Source: Cladosporium halotolerans
Taxonomy: Eukaryota
Direction: 5' to 3'
Length of the DNA: 64,000 bases
NCBI RefSeq assembly: GCF_011745625.1
Contig: NW_027191472.1
Span: forward strand, 1-64,000
Below the pieces are notes generated by a model that did no database searches, was not told the origin of the DNA, and saw only the letters and a program-made list of their open reading frames with translations. Position numbers and translations under genes: made by a program. Position 1 is the stretch's first letter, and each line of letters opens with the position of its first letter. Positions 21,949-34,246 of this stretch are shown piece by piece.

Positions 21949-23391
21949 TCACGAAGTCTCTGCTGGGGTCTCCTCCTTTACTTCCTCGGCCGGCTTCTCA
22001 GCCTCGGTCTCCTCAGAGGGCGCCGCAGGAGCGTCTTCGGGGACCTCTGCCTCAATGACTGTGATTTCCGCTTCTTCCTCGTCATCCTCCGCCTTTGCGG
22101 GGTCCGCCTCAGCCTCCTCTGTTGATTTGGCTTTCTCCGCCTCAGGCTCTTCAATTTTCACCTCTCCGTGCTCGGGTTTCGATTCCGGCTCCGGCTTGAT
22201 CGTGTCGCTGCGGGTAAGGCCAACCTCTGCAGGAACGGTGCTCGTCGGACGCTCAATATTCGGCTTCGAAGAAGCATCATCGTCCTCCTCTGCCTCCTCC
22301 GCAATCGTCGTAGACACCGAGTTCGACCTGCTGTTCGTCGAGTGCCTGTGCCTCTTCGTCGTATCCCCAAGAGCCAGAGTCTCATTGCCCGCAGGCTCAG
22401 GCGTCTGCTTCTCCTCGCTTCCTTCATCCTGCCTCTTCAGCAAACTGATCCCCGCAGGCGGCTGCGCAGCCACCGGCGTGTCCCTCGTCACCTCCTTCGG
22501 CTCCAAGCCCTCCGCCTCCGGCGGGATCGTGTAGTTCTCCACCTGAATCAACCCGTACTCGTCGCACACGGTCTTGAACAGCGCGTACAGCCCTGTCTTG
22601 CTCTCGACGCGCCAGAAGACGTCGCGGTGCTGGAACCACGCGTGGGCGTAGATTCGGTACACGCGCCGGAAGATGTTCGTGATCTCCTTCATCTGCTGCG
22701 CGAGCACCTTGTCCGTGCCGCCGCTGCCGCCGGAGCCGAGCCCGAGCCGCGAGGGGAAGAGCTTGCTGTTGCAGAGGGTGGATGCGGCCCAGTCGAGCGT
22801 GTGGCAGCAGTAGTCGATCGCGGAGCAGGATTTGGGCGGGTCGTGCACGGCGCAGAGGTACTGCCATTCAGAGGCGCGCATTTCGTTGCAGGTGGTCGCG
22901 GAGCAGGGCGGGGAGTCGGAGAAGAGGGCGACGATGATCGCGTTGGTCTTTTGAATCAGGAAGCGGCCGAGCTCGTAGAGCCAGATTTCTTTGGCGGTGT
23001 TTTGGGGCGGGTGGGCGAGTTCGCGGGCGAGTTCGGGCGATATGGGGACTGTGGAGGAGGTGTCGGAGGGGTGTGTGTAGGAGTAGTGGAGGGCTTTGAG
23101 GTGCTCGGTCAATTGGAAGGCTGAGTCGATCTGAGATGGTTCTTAGTTAGATTCGGGAAACAAGGTGCTTGCTGAACAGCTTACGTCTGAAAGCTCCGTC
23201 AAAGGCGGTCCCTCAGCCATGTCTTCTGCTTTTGTGCCGGGGCGTATTCTGCGCGACGCTTCGGCTGCGCCGCTTGGGAACTTGGGTGGGTAGAGCGAGA
23301 GGCCGGGCGAGGTAGGTCCGCTCTGGTCCTCGGCGATTGGCGGCGGAGAGGGAAGGCGAGGGGAAGAGGAGGGCGAGACTGAGGAGGCCAT
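21949..23391 (-). CDS. MOB3: Mob family protein, phocein/Mob3 (STRIPAK subunit)
   Basis: CSATTCNEMRASEWQYLCAVHDPPKSCSAIDYCCHTLDWAA and FRRVYRIYAHAWFQH. Intron 23184-23131. Acidic disordered tail. Confidence 0.92.
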
Positions 23392-24194
23392 GGTGGCGTC
23401 TCCGGTGCGTGAGGATGTGAGAGGTTGTAAAGCTCCGGCGTATGAAGAGCTGTCGGCGCTGGCAGGAGTGCGCTTTCACATGCTCGAGACAGCGTGTCAA
23501 AAGTGACGACGCGCAGCCGCAGCGGCAAGGAGCGACGACTTGCGGCGACACGTTGGCCGAAGACCTACATAAAGTTAAGGTACCCATAAATATTCTACAA
23601 TCCAGCACTGATGATAAATAATAACCATGCCAATGCGAATGTTTACCTGCGTTTCTCGGAATTGTTCGCACATAGGTGGTTATCTAATAGACTGATAGCC
23701 CTGTCGAGATATCCCGCTATTCAAAGATCCCAACAAGCTTGTCCCATTACGCCTCTTCACAGCAAGCTGGAAGTAACGTGAAACAGTTGCTCTAGGCACG
23801 AATCAGAAGAGGCGAGGTACCGCAGAGGTCAGTATAGCCAGAGGGTTTGCTCAGCTCAACCGATACCAGGTAGGGAGCGTTTCGGCTTTGATCACGGACT
23901 CATTAGCCGCTTCCGATCATCTGAAGCGAAGAAACACCTAAAACATTATGGTTTAAACATCATATCTCCTGATGACTTATCTCCGCTCAGAGCAACGGGT
24001 AAGGGCTTTCTCGTCGGGTATGCCCAGCCAAGGTGAGGCCGAGAATACTCTAGATCCCGGTCTTGTCGCAACAAACGTTCTACCGATGCGCGGCTGCAGC
24101 CGGCAAAATTTTGAGCCGCGCGCACCCTCGCGGTGTGTTTTTTCCTACACCCTATACCTATATACTCGGGCCTGCTGCGCCCGTGGTTTTCGAG

Positions 24195-25706
24195 ATGACG
24201 CAGAACCTTTTGCAGCAGTCTCATACAAGTGTCGATGCGGAAGACATGACGGCCGACGAGAGGCAGCCGCTGCTTCGGCAAGTGAAGAGTCGCGAGGATG
24301 TTTACGATGAGGTCGACTTACCTGAGGATTGGGGTCTAGCGTACAAGTGGGGCATTGTAGCATTGCTTGCGTTCATGGCCTTCACGGTGTAAGTATTCCT
24401 AGTGGTATTCGATCTCTAACCCCACTAATGGATCCATAGCACTTTCACCTGCATTTCTGTCGTACCAGTCGCCAGCCGCATCATCTCGGACCTGAATGGC
24501 GGTCAAGACAGCAAAATTGGAAGCATTCTGCTCGTGACCATCTGGGAACTGGGTGAAGCAGCTGGACCCCTACTAATTGCTCCTCTGTCCGAGAGGTACG
24601 GCCGCTATCTCGTCTTCAACGCCGCCAATGTTCTCTTCATCTGCGGCAGTGTGCTGGGAGTACTCAGCCAAAGCATGAAGCTCATGATCTTCGCTCGCTT
24701 CTTCATTGGAGCCACTGTCGCCTCGAATGTGCTCAATCCGGCTATCATTGGCGACATCTTCCCGTCTGAGCAGCGCGGTTCGGCCATGTCCGTTGTCATG
24801 TTTGCGCCCTTGCTTGGGGGCGCAATCGGTCCCGCAATCTCAGGTGCCATTGCCGAAACCCTAGGATGGAGAGGAACCATGTGGCTTGCAATCGGCCTGG
24901 CGGTTGTCTGCGAGGTCGTCTTCCTGACTTTGTTCCGCGAGACGTACAAAGTCACAGTCCTTGCCGCCAAGGGGCTGGACGTGGCCGATTTCACAGATCA
25001 ACCGATCTCTGAGCCGAAACTCAGTCTTGCTGCCGCAATCACGCGTCCGGTCAAAGTATTCTGGAGCTCATTTGTTCTCCAGATAATGTCGATCTACGGC
25101 GCGCTGGTCTTCACATTTTTCTACGTCATGTCGACGACTCTCCCGGACATCCTACGGTACAGATATGATTTTACGCCGGCTACGGTTGGCTCAGCTTTCC
25201 TCAGCTTTAGCATTGGCTCTGTCCTCGGTCTCATCATCTGCAACTTCCTCCTTGACCGCATTTACACCCGCCTGCGACTTTCCGACGACGTCAAGTCGGC
25301 TGCAGAGAACCGCCTTCCTCTGATGATGCTTGGCGCAATCATTCTACCCTTCGTCGTCGCCCTCTACGGCTGGGTGGCGCAGCTGGTTCTTCCGGTGTGG
25401 CTAATGCTGCTTTCCGTTGTCCTGCTCGGCGTCTTCGTCATTCTCACTATGGTGCCCATGATGGCGTACGTCGTCGATGCGTTCAATCTCTTTTCTGCAT
25501 CTGCAATGACTGCCGTGCTGATCACGAGGTGTCTAATGGGAACGTTCCTCCCGCTCGTCACTGCGCCTTTGACTGACGAAATCGGCTATGGGCTTGGCTT
25601 CACGGTGTTGGCTGCAGCTACGATTGTGCTGGCACCTACGCCGTTCTTTGTTTGGCGTTATGGCTCTCAATGGAGGCAAAAGTCTGTTTACACGAAAGAT
25701 GAGTGA
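24195..25706 (+). CDS. MFS transporter (DHA1-like drug:H+ antiporter)
   Basis: Motif A (APLSERYGR), DIFPSEQRG, PLLGGAIGP, RETY and ENRLP. Intron ~24389-24439. Confidence 0.9.
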
Positions 25707-26029
25707 AATGATATTTTGAATGACTTATGTTCGGCGTTTGCTGCGTTGGAGCGATGATAAAAGTGCTTTCTTGCTTGGAATAAGACAAAAGTCTCACGAC
25801 AAATAGAGTGTAAATAACCACAAAGTACATTCTTCTCCCTCGCAATCGCTATCCAGTTCGTTCAAATCCAGATAATTCGAATGTCTTAATGCCCGAAGAC
25901 CCCCCATCATCGCGCCAAGCCTCACCCCAAGCCCCACATCCCGCAAAGCCCGTTCAAACAAAACTTCTGAAGATGCCTGCACAGCACAAACACAGCACCG
26001 CCACCGGCTCAGCCAAAACCACCGCAAAA

Positions 26030-27803
26030 ATGGCTTCGATCGATGCAATCGTCAACGCCGGCCCGTCCGCCCAGCAGCCGCGCGACGACGACAATGATCC
26101 GGCGGAGCAGTTCGACGCTCTGAACGTCCGCGAGGACAGCGAGGGCTGGAACGATGTCGAGGAAGACGCCGAGGAGTTCAATGTGCAGTGTCTGTTTTGT
26201 AGCGAGGTTGCGACGTCTTTGACGCAGGCGCTGGATCACATGAAGGCGGAGCATGGTTTTGATCTTGTGGCGTTCCGCTCTAAGCATGGTAGGTAGGTCT
26301 GGGAGCCGGGTTGTGCTTTTTGACTAAAAAGCAATATGAGGCTGACGACTGGCAGGCCTTGATTTCTTTGGCATGATCAAGTTTGTGAATTACGTGCGTT
26401 CTCAGGTTAAGGAGGGTAACGCCAAGCCTGAGACTGAGAACCCGTCCGCTTGGGACGATGAGAAGTTCATGCAGCCCGTGCTTGAGGACGATGCGCTGCT
26501 GTTCAGTGTCGATGAATTAGAGTCGATGGAATCGAGCGGCAAGCAGCCTGAGGCTTCTGAAGCAAACAACGCCACGGATGAGGTCTCGAAGCTCAAGGAG
26601 CAGCTCAGCAAACTCCAATCACAGTTCGACGTCTATCGCGAGCAGGTCAGCGAAACATTAGAGAAGCGCTGGTCTGATGCTCCTAGCAAGAACGAAGGCG
26701 AAGGCGAAGCAAAGGCGAAGCGCTACGACGATTCGTACTTCGAGAGTTACAGCTTCAACGATATCCATCAGACTATGCTCCAGGACACTGTCCGCACAGA
26801 AGCCTACCGCGACTTCATCTACGAGAACAAGAACTTGTTCGCTGGCAAGACTGTCATGGATGTGGGCTGTGGTACTGGTATTCTCTCCATGTTCTGCGCC
26901 AAAGCTGGCGCCAAGCAAGTCTTCGCTCTCGACAACAGCGCCATCATCGACAAAGCACGCCAGATCGCGTTCGACAATGGACTCGACAAGCAGATCACTT
27001 TCATTCGCGGCAAGGTGGAAGACCTCCATGAGCTGCCCGGAAGCTACAAGCATGTCGACATCATCGTCAGTGAATGGATGGGCTACTGCCTGTTCTTCGA
27101 AAACATGCTGCCGTCTGTCTTCTGCGCAAGGGACCGCTTCATGAAGCGCCGCGCCGACGGCTCTTTCGACGGTCTCATGGTACCCAGCCATGTCAGCGTA
27201 CACCTAGCACCGCTTGCGGACCCCGACTGGGTGAGCGACAATGTGACATTTTGGAGCGACGTGTATGGTTTCGACATGCACTGCATGCTGGAGGGTGCGC
27301 TCGAGGACGTCGTTGTGCAACACCCGCCTGCGAAGACCGTGGTTGGCAGCACCTCGCAGAAGCGTCCCATCGCAATGTGGGACCTCCACCAGGCGAAGGC
27401 CGAGGACCTGCAGTTCGACGTGCCGTTCGAGGTCGCCTTGGACCAAGACATCGACTCGCTCGATGCGTGGTGCACGTGGTTCGATACCGTCTTTTCGCCC
27501 GCGCCACCGGCGTCTGCCGGCGCGCCGGGCATGATCGCGCCGGAGGAGCAGGAGAAGCTGTCTGCCCAGAAGGGTGCAGTGACTTTCAGCACTAGTCCCA
27601 TGACCAAGCGCACCCACTGGCAGTGCGGTACCTGCATTGTCGATCGAAAGGGGAAGACTGGTAACAAGCTAAGCTCTGGCACGACTATCGGTGGCGCCAT
27701 CAAGTTCTTGAAGGATGCGGAGGGCAGAGGTCTGAACATTACGGCGGAGTGGGATTCGAAGGATGGTCAGGAGAAGGGAACGCAGGCTTGGAAGATGCGA
27801 TGA
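26030..27803 (+). CDS. RMT3: Protein arginine N-methyltransferase 3 (C2H2 zinc finger + PRMT core)
   Basis: CLFC...HMKAEHGFD zinc finger, VMDVGCGTGILSMF SAM motif, IIVSEWMGY double-E loop and THW loop. Intron ~26289-26355. An alternative ATG exists at 25973. Confidence 0.93.
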
Positions 27804-28487
27804 TCAACGAGAAAGGAAACGACTCACTTTGCATGTCCTGAACGGATTCGCTGCTACTCGCAATTGGGTATGAGAAAGAAAAAGCATTTTCACCGTCAAG
27901 CCGAGTGCCAGGCACGGCTTCCAATCAGCTCGACCGCCCACCTCATGGATTCTGTGTCGCACGAGAAAGTCCGCGACACCGAATCCGCTCAAGCCTCACC
28001 CCTTCTTTCAGCGCCTCCGTTATAGAAGGGCATGTGGTTTAACAAGCATTTGCGTGTGTACTTGATGATAATACGAACTCAAGGTGACCTGAATGCCCAT
28101 CATGAATTGAATGCCCTCAGTTTCACATGGCTCAAAACGAATACTCGTTGATAGCTGACATGTGTAGCGCTCATGCTGTGGGATGACACTGGAACCGTTT
28201 CTCTACGCCTCCAATATTTGGCGCACCCTCCTCATACGTAAACTCCAGATCTGTCACCACAACCCTTCCCACACGTCTCACACCTTAAGGTCTAGGCTTT
28301 TGATCGAGCTCATATTGCCACATATGGTGGTGCGCCAACTTTGGACGCCATCTTCGACTCTCCTTGCATTGCAATTACTATAAAATGCCGTTTCCTCCAT
28401 GGCGCTCTCCATCTCGCTATCGGTGTATCGACCGAGACTGGCTTGGCGACCTTCGACCATTTCGATCAGAATCCTTTCACCGCAAAA

Positions 28488-30110
28488 ATGAAAGGCTGGG
28501 CCGTTTTGCTGCTCACGCTCATTGCGACAGCACTCGCCAATCCAATTGCCGACGCCAATGGCGATATCTTCGCTCGCGGGAAGAAATATCCCAAGGGCTG
28601 CAGGCTCACCGACTACAACTGTATGCTGAACTATGGCGGACGTCCCTTTGTCAGCACGTTTTGCACCAGTGAGGTTCCCATTACGACGGTCACCAAGAAC
28701 AGGACGACAACCGAGACGGTGTACGTGCTTGATTAAGAGGTGGCTCTCTTGCCGGAAACTGACCTGCAGAAGGACGTCTTTCACCGGGACAGTCACGGAA
28801 ATCACCGCGACTACTATAGTCGAGGGATCGACGGTCACGACCACCGCGGAGTTGTATGCCTTTGAGCTTCCAATGATGTGCCGGAGAGGACTGACTGTGG
28901 TGCAGCACCGATTTTGTTACCGTTCCAGGTTCCACCACCGTTGTGTCTACCACATTCACGGGCTCGACCACGATCACTACGGCCGTTGCAACTGTGACGA
29001 GCGTTGAAACTGAGTAAGCGAAGTCCGATCCCTCGTCTTCAACAAGCCTAACGAGATCCAGCACGGTGACAGAGTTCACTTGCGGTGGAGCATCACCCAC
29101 GCCAACGCCAGTGCCTCTGCCATCTCCTATCACGGAGAGAATGAAACGGCAAGCCGGCGCGAGCGACACCGCAAGTCAAGGCACTAGCACTGATAGTGCA
29201 GCTCCGGCCTTCACTTGTTTCCCAGACGAAGGTGATGATGAGAAACGCCAACGACACATTAGAGGTGCTTGCAAGTGTGCGCAGCTCCCTACTCCGACGT
29301 CCTATTCCACGGTCACGGCCACGGTCACTGTTTCACGCCTTTCGACGGTCTATGTAGGTCAAGATGGAGATGGTGTAGCTTAATCATGCTGATAAATTGC
29401 AGACTACCACAGAGACTAGATTCCCAACGTCCAGTAAGTGTCGTGTTTCCTCTGTTGCATCAAAGCGGTGTCTCTTGCTAATTGCTCTATTCAGCGGTCT
29501 CCGTACAGACCATAGTCACAACAACCGTGCCAGTTTCCGTCACAGCAACTGACGTCGTAAGACGCCCAGCCCATGTTCTCGAAAACCCCAAGCTCACAAG
29601 CCCACCCAGTTCACTTCCACCGAATCCACCACTGCCCAAGAAGCCACCCGCACCACAGTAACAGTCACCTCGTCCCAGCCGACCCCCTCCTCCTTCGCAA
29701 TTGGCTACAACTCCTCCGGCACCGTCGGCGTCGGCCGCATCTCCCCCGCCTCCGACCGCCCAGGCTCCAGCGGCACGCTCATCGTCTTCGACCAAACGAG
29801 CGGCGGCAGCCCGTTCTCCCTCAACGCCCAGTCACAGCTCAGCTCCACCGAAAACGGCCAGGTTCTCGGCAAGAACACGCGAGACCCGTTCCCGTACTTG
29901 TTCCTCGACGACGCGAACCCCGAGGGCATGACGCCAAGCTGCTCGATTTGCAACAGCACGTTGACGTGCGACTTCCCCGGGTCGAGTGGCAGTGTGTTTG
30001 CGCTTTGTAATGGGTTTTTGTCGCTGGGGAGCTTTGGGAGTAGCTCAACTTGTCAGGTCATTGATCTGACTATTCTGCCTCTTACAGGGCCGCCGGCTCC
30101 GCCGCGGTAG
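28488..30110 (+). CDS. Secreted Thr-rich, Cys-containing cell-surface protein (many short exons)
   Basis: Signal peptide MKGWAVLLLTLIATALA. Thr/Val-rich exons are separated by multiple GT-AG introns. C-terminal Cys domain (CSICNSTLTC...FALCNGFLSLG...CQVIDL). Exact exon chain not fully resolved. Confidence 0.75.
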
Positions 30111-30756
30111 AGAGGCGATGAGAGCTGAAGTGGGAAGGGACGTTGGGCTAGTGAGTGGGAAGGGAGTCTGTCGCTACCGTCTAGGAAAGTTGTTTTAGAA
30201 TTGGGGCATGGTCTCGAAACGATGTGGGATCTGGGTTGAATGCTTTGAGAACAATCTTTCAGAAGGCTCGAGTTTGTCCGTGGTGGACCACGAGAAATTA
30301 AATGAAATGGGCGTTGATGTTGAGGCATCAAGATTCGATTCACTACTTTCTTTGCGAAGAATGCTCTTCCGATGCAGTGTTTGGAGCATTTCAAATGACT
30401 AGCAACCTTCCCCTTGTTTCTATCCTAGCACCCACTCAGAAGGCTATAGAGGAGGTCCAGTGAGTATGACAGACTGTGGGTTCGTAACATAAGTAAGAGT
30501 CGCGTCGAAGTACGCTCCAATGTGTGAATACATCGATGCCGGGTTGCTTCAGACTGATGTTCGGGAGGGATGGTAGTTCACACGAATTCATCGTCCATTT
30601 CAACTCGCTATGTTCCGATTCATGAGCTGCGCAGACTACCGACTCTGCGACTGGGTATCAACAACGACATCAAACAACGTCTCAGAGCTATGTCGCGCTC
30701 GCCTCTTCTCACACCACAGGCACTGCTGATCACCGACCTCGAGGCTCAACATCCCT

Positions 30757-32475
30757 TTAAGCACGCTTCTTCCCTTTCTTCATCTGTCCACCCCCAGCCC
30801 TCAACGCCATCAAAACATCCCTCCTCGCCCACGGATCGCACACCGTGCACTCAAATTTACTCAACCTCTCAATCTCCTCCTCTGAAAGCGCCGGCAGCAC
30901 GCACTCGTTATGCTGCCAGACATTGCACTTATCACACTGCACCATCTCGCCGCCCTTCTCTCCACCGTCCGCAGCCACGCAGCCGCAGATGCAGCGCACG
31001 GACTCGACCGGGTCGCCATTTTTGTCGCGCTCGGTGCTGAAGTTCGCGGGCGAGAAGAAGAACGGCATCAGGTCGGCGGTGGTCGCTAGGCGGGCGGAGC
31101 TGCGCCTGGATTTGGGCTGCGAAGCGGAGAGACGGGCGTGGTGCTCGGTTGCGGCGGCGTGTGCTTCAGCTTTGGTTTTGGGGAGGGCGGTGCCGGCGAT
31201 GATGGCTTCGAGGTGTTGTTGCTTTTTGCTCATGGGAGCTTCGATGCTGGTCTTGGCAGGAGGTGTTTCTGGCTTGTTTTCGGACGCTGTGGTCCTCGAG
31301 GTACGAGCAGATCTTGTGGCTACTGGCTGTGTGGGAGCCTTGTTGACTGGCTGTACCACGCCTCGAGTGGTCTTTTGACGCTTCTCGGCTGCTTCAAGGG
31401 ATTGTTGTGGCTTGGTGGCCTTGCTCGGACCATGGGAGTCGGTGCAAGTCTTCAGCAGGGTCTGAGGAGCTACAGGCGGCTGGAGGACAGTCGAGGGTGG
31501 CGCTGGCACGTCGTCTGTTGGGGCCTCTGCATCTGGAGTGAAAGCACGCTTGGGTGCCTTGACAGCAGTGACGATACCGTAGTGCGCCATCGAAGAGACG
31601 CGAGGATCTGGTGTGAAATGCTTGGTAGGGTCTAGCTGATGCTTGGGCAGGGCCGGAGTCATGACAGCGGTCTTGATTTTGGGAGGCTGACTGGTGGCTT
31701 GGGTCGCGCTATTCATAAAATGGGTATTTGAGGGAAGGTGCTCGGTGACCTTTGAACCTCCTGGAATTTGATCTGTAATGAACCTGACATGGTTCTCAAT
31801 CGGTTTGAGAGCCTTCTGGTGAGCCACCTGATTCGGCACCTTAGGGGAGCTGGACTTGACAATGGCAGGCTCGATAGATAGACGATTGCCGTCGAGGCTT
31901 GGCACGGCAAGGTCTGAGAGGTCCGCGACTGATGACCGGTCCTGTGAAACAATAGCTGGCGCTTGTGTTGAAGTCACATGAAGAGAAGGTTGTTTCTTTG
32001 AAGCCGAAGCCGGGAGACCTTCAACCGCAGAAGTATCGGGCGTTGACTGAGGTTGATTGCCGGCTGGCGCTCTTGCAGACTGCGAGACTTCATCTTGGCT
32101 CCCATCATCAATAGTCCAGATCACGCCCTTTGGAGCACACGTCTTGAAATTATCCAGAGTTTCGGTGTTCGTCTGCGTGGGTAATGGCAAGAGCGGGTCA
32201 AGCTCCTTAGCGAGCTCACGCTTGCGGACTTCCTCGACATTCAGAGTCTGCTCTTCGGTATCGAAGATTTCAGGAGCATGGCGACGAGCGATGAAACAAG
32301 CGTTGGGCAAGTGGCGATAGTCCGGCAGACGGCTAAGGTAGGTACCGCGCCGGTGAATGTACTCCTCGAAGGTGTAGTACTCGTCCAAGACGAGGCCGTC
32401 TCCCTCCATCGATGAAGCCAGGTGGATTGCATAGTCTGGATAGACACTGCTGCTGATGCTTTGAAGATTAGCCAT
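30757..32475 (-). CDS. PHD-finger protein with long disordered N-terminal region
   Basis: C-terminal VRCICG...MVQCDKCNVWQHNECV...FECTVC (C4HC3). First plausible ATG at 32475. Confidence 0.85.
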   Translation of the reverse strand: MANLQSISSSVYPDYAIHLASSMEGDGLVLDEYYTFEEYIHRRGTYLSRLPDYRHLPNACFIARRHAPEIFDTEEQTLNVEEVRKRELAKELDPLLPLPTQTNTETLDNFKTCAPKGVIWTIDDGSQDEVSQSARAPAGNQPQSTPDTSAVEGLPASASKKQPSLHVTSTQAPAIVSQDRSSVADLSDLAVPSLDGNRLSIEPAIVKSSSPKVPNQVAHQKALKPIENHVRFITDQIPGGSKVTEHLPSNTHFMNSATQATSQPPKIKTAVMTPALPKHQLDPTKHFTPDPRVSSMAHYGIVTAVKAPKRAFTPDAEAPTDDVPAPPSTVLQPPVAPQTLLKTCTDSHGPSKATKPQQSLEAAEKRQKTTRGVVQPVNKAPTQPVATRSARTSRTTASENKPETPPAKTSIEAPMSKKQQHLEAIIAGTALPKTKAEAHAAATEHHARLSASQPKSRRSSARLATTADLMPFFFSPANFSTERDKNGDPVESVRCICGCVAADGGEKGGEMVQCDKCNVWQHNECVLPALSEEEIERLSKFECTVCDPWARRDVLMALRAGGGQMKKGKKRA

Positions 32476-34246
32476 GTTTGCTGCGTGGCCCAGTGGTGAA
32501 TGCTTCTTCGTTTTGTTGCGAATGTCTCGTGGTATGAGGATGCCGGTTGTCGGGAACCCTGAGTGCGACGAGGTGATGTTGAAGCCTTCGAGGTGCAGCC
32601 GCACGAGTTTCGCTTCGGTGCTGAGTGAACGGTTCTGCCTGATGCATGTGATTATACACACGCGGTGACCGCACGCGTTTCACAATGACCGCACACTAGG
32701 GAAGTCACGCACCGTGCTCCACTACACTTCACTCTCGCGCGGCTCACATTTGGAGCGCGCGCTCGGTACCCTACATTCACTTGCTTAGAGTGCTAAACCT
32801 TCACCTGGTCACAAGGGGAACTCGCCTCTTGAGTGAAGTGTTGGGGAAACTGATGTGGTCCGGGTCGCTACAGCATCAGCCTCACCCCGTGTCGTCCCCG
32901 ATGCCGGATCCAAGCAACATTCGCAACCAACTGACAACTCTCCAGTCTTACCGGTCAGTCACGATCACATGCAGCAATTCATATCACGCAACATTGATGT
33001 CGCTTCTTGGTTCTGCATGTCCGCATGTATATTCGTTGCACCTTCGAGCGATCATCTGTAGATTTGTGGTGTCATATTTCGGGTTTGGAGATGCCTCCAC
33101 TTCATTACACCTGAAAGACTGCGTTTGACACCACGAATTATACCTGTCGTCTTACAGCATCCTGCGGATTTCATAAGCTCGCCCTGAGGGTCAAACCTTT
33201 CGCGACGACTTACCTGAGCTGTGGGGAAAGAAACCAAAAGACCAACCAATTGTTGTTTGACGAAAATGATCCATCCGGTCAGCAGCAAATGCCTTCTCGT
33301 ACGACCGGGTGACATGTCAACGTGCGATCTCCATGTCGCCTCCAGCCATTGTTGAGGAAGAATGCTGCATCGGAGAAGCTTCGCCACCCGCCTGCCCGCT
33401 GACCCTCATGAACCACAAAGCACCTCGTCAATGCTTTATTTGAAAGGAAGTGATTGAGTGGATGAAAATGACTGCGATCATTCATGGATCGCATCACGGC
33501 TCCGATCCATTTGCCGAGAACCAAGAGTACTTACCCCACGCGGGGAACGAAACGTGGCGAAAGCTTGTCTGGAGCCAGGAGCCTCCCAGTCCACGCTTGC
33601 AACCAATGGATCTGCCGTGCACTGTGTCCGAGGTTGAGACACCCTCTGAAGACGCCACAGTGACGCTAGGCAATGCTGACGGCGGTCAATTGACGAGAAT
33701 CCGACGCTTGGAGATAGTGATGAGTAGTCCTCAAGCATGGCGAGATTCACACAATCAACACCCAATCTTGACGCCAAAACCGCCTCATCTCGCTTCAGCA
33801 CACTGATCGCACCTCCGCATTGTCGGCACCCGCAACAGCGAGTCATGGCGCGTCACAAGATGCACCTAGCACGCGGCAGCGCCTCTCAAGGATGCCGCAG
33901 GGCCCGCGCTCCGGCAGGTTCCAGGTCATATCTATTTCTCCGCACCAGAGACGTCCCGCGCGCGCATTGCCGGAGTTGGCATAGCATGAACCTACAGGTG
34001 GGATGTTCTTTGGGCTGGTTCATCTGCCGTGCCTCGCATGCGCGTGCCACGCATTGGAGTCTGTTTGATGGAAGTCTATTCATGATGGTGTTTAAAGGGC
34101 TGAGCAGTCCAGCCCTGATGCTCGTTCGACTTTGAACATCAGATGCTGCGCTGTATCTTTGAGCTGCTCAATCTGCTGTGAGCCTGGCAAGGCCCTGTTA
34201 CACACCTCATCTTTTCTCACCTTGTCTGACCCCATTGACCCTCAAC

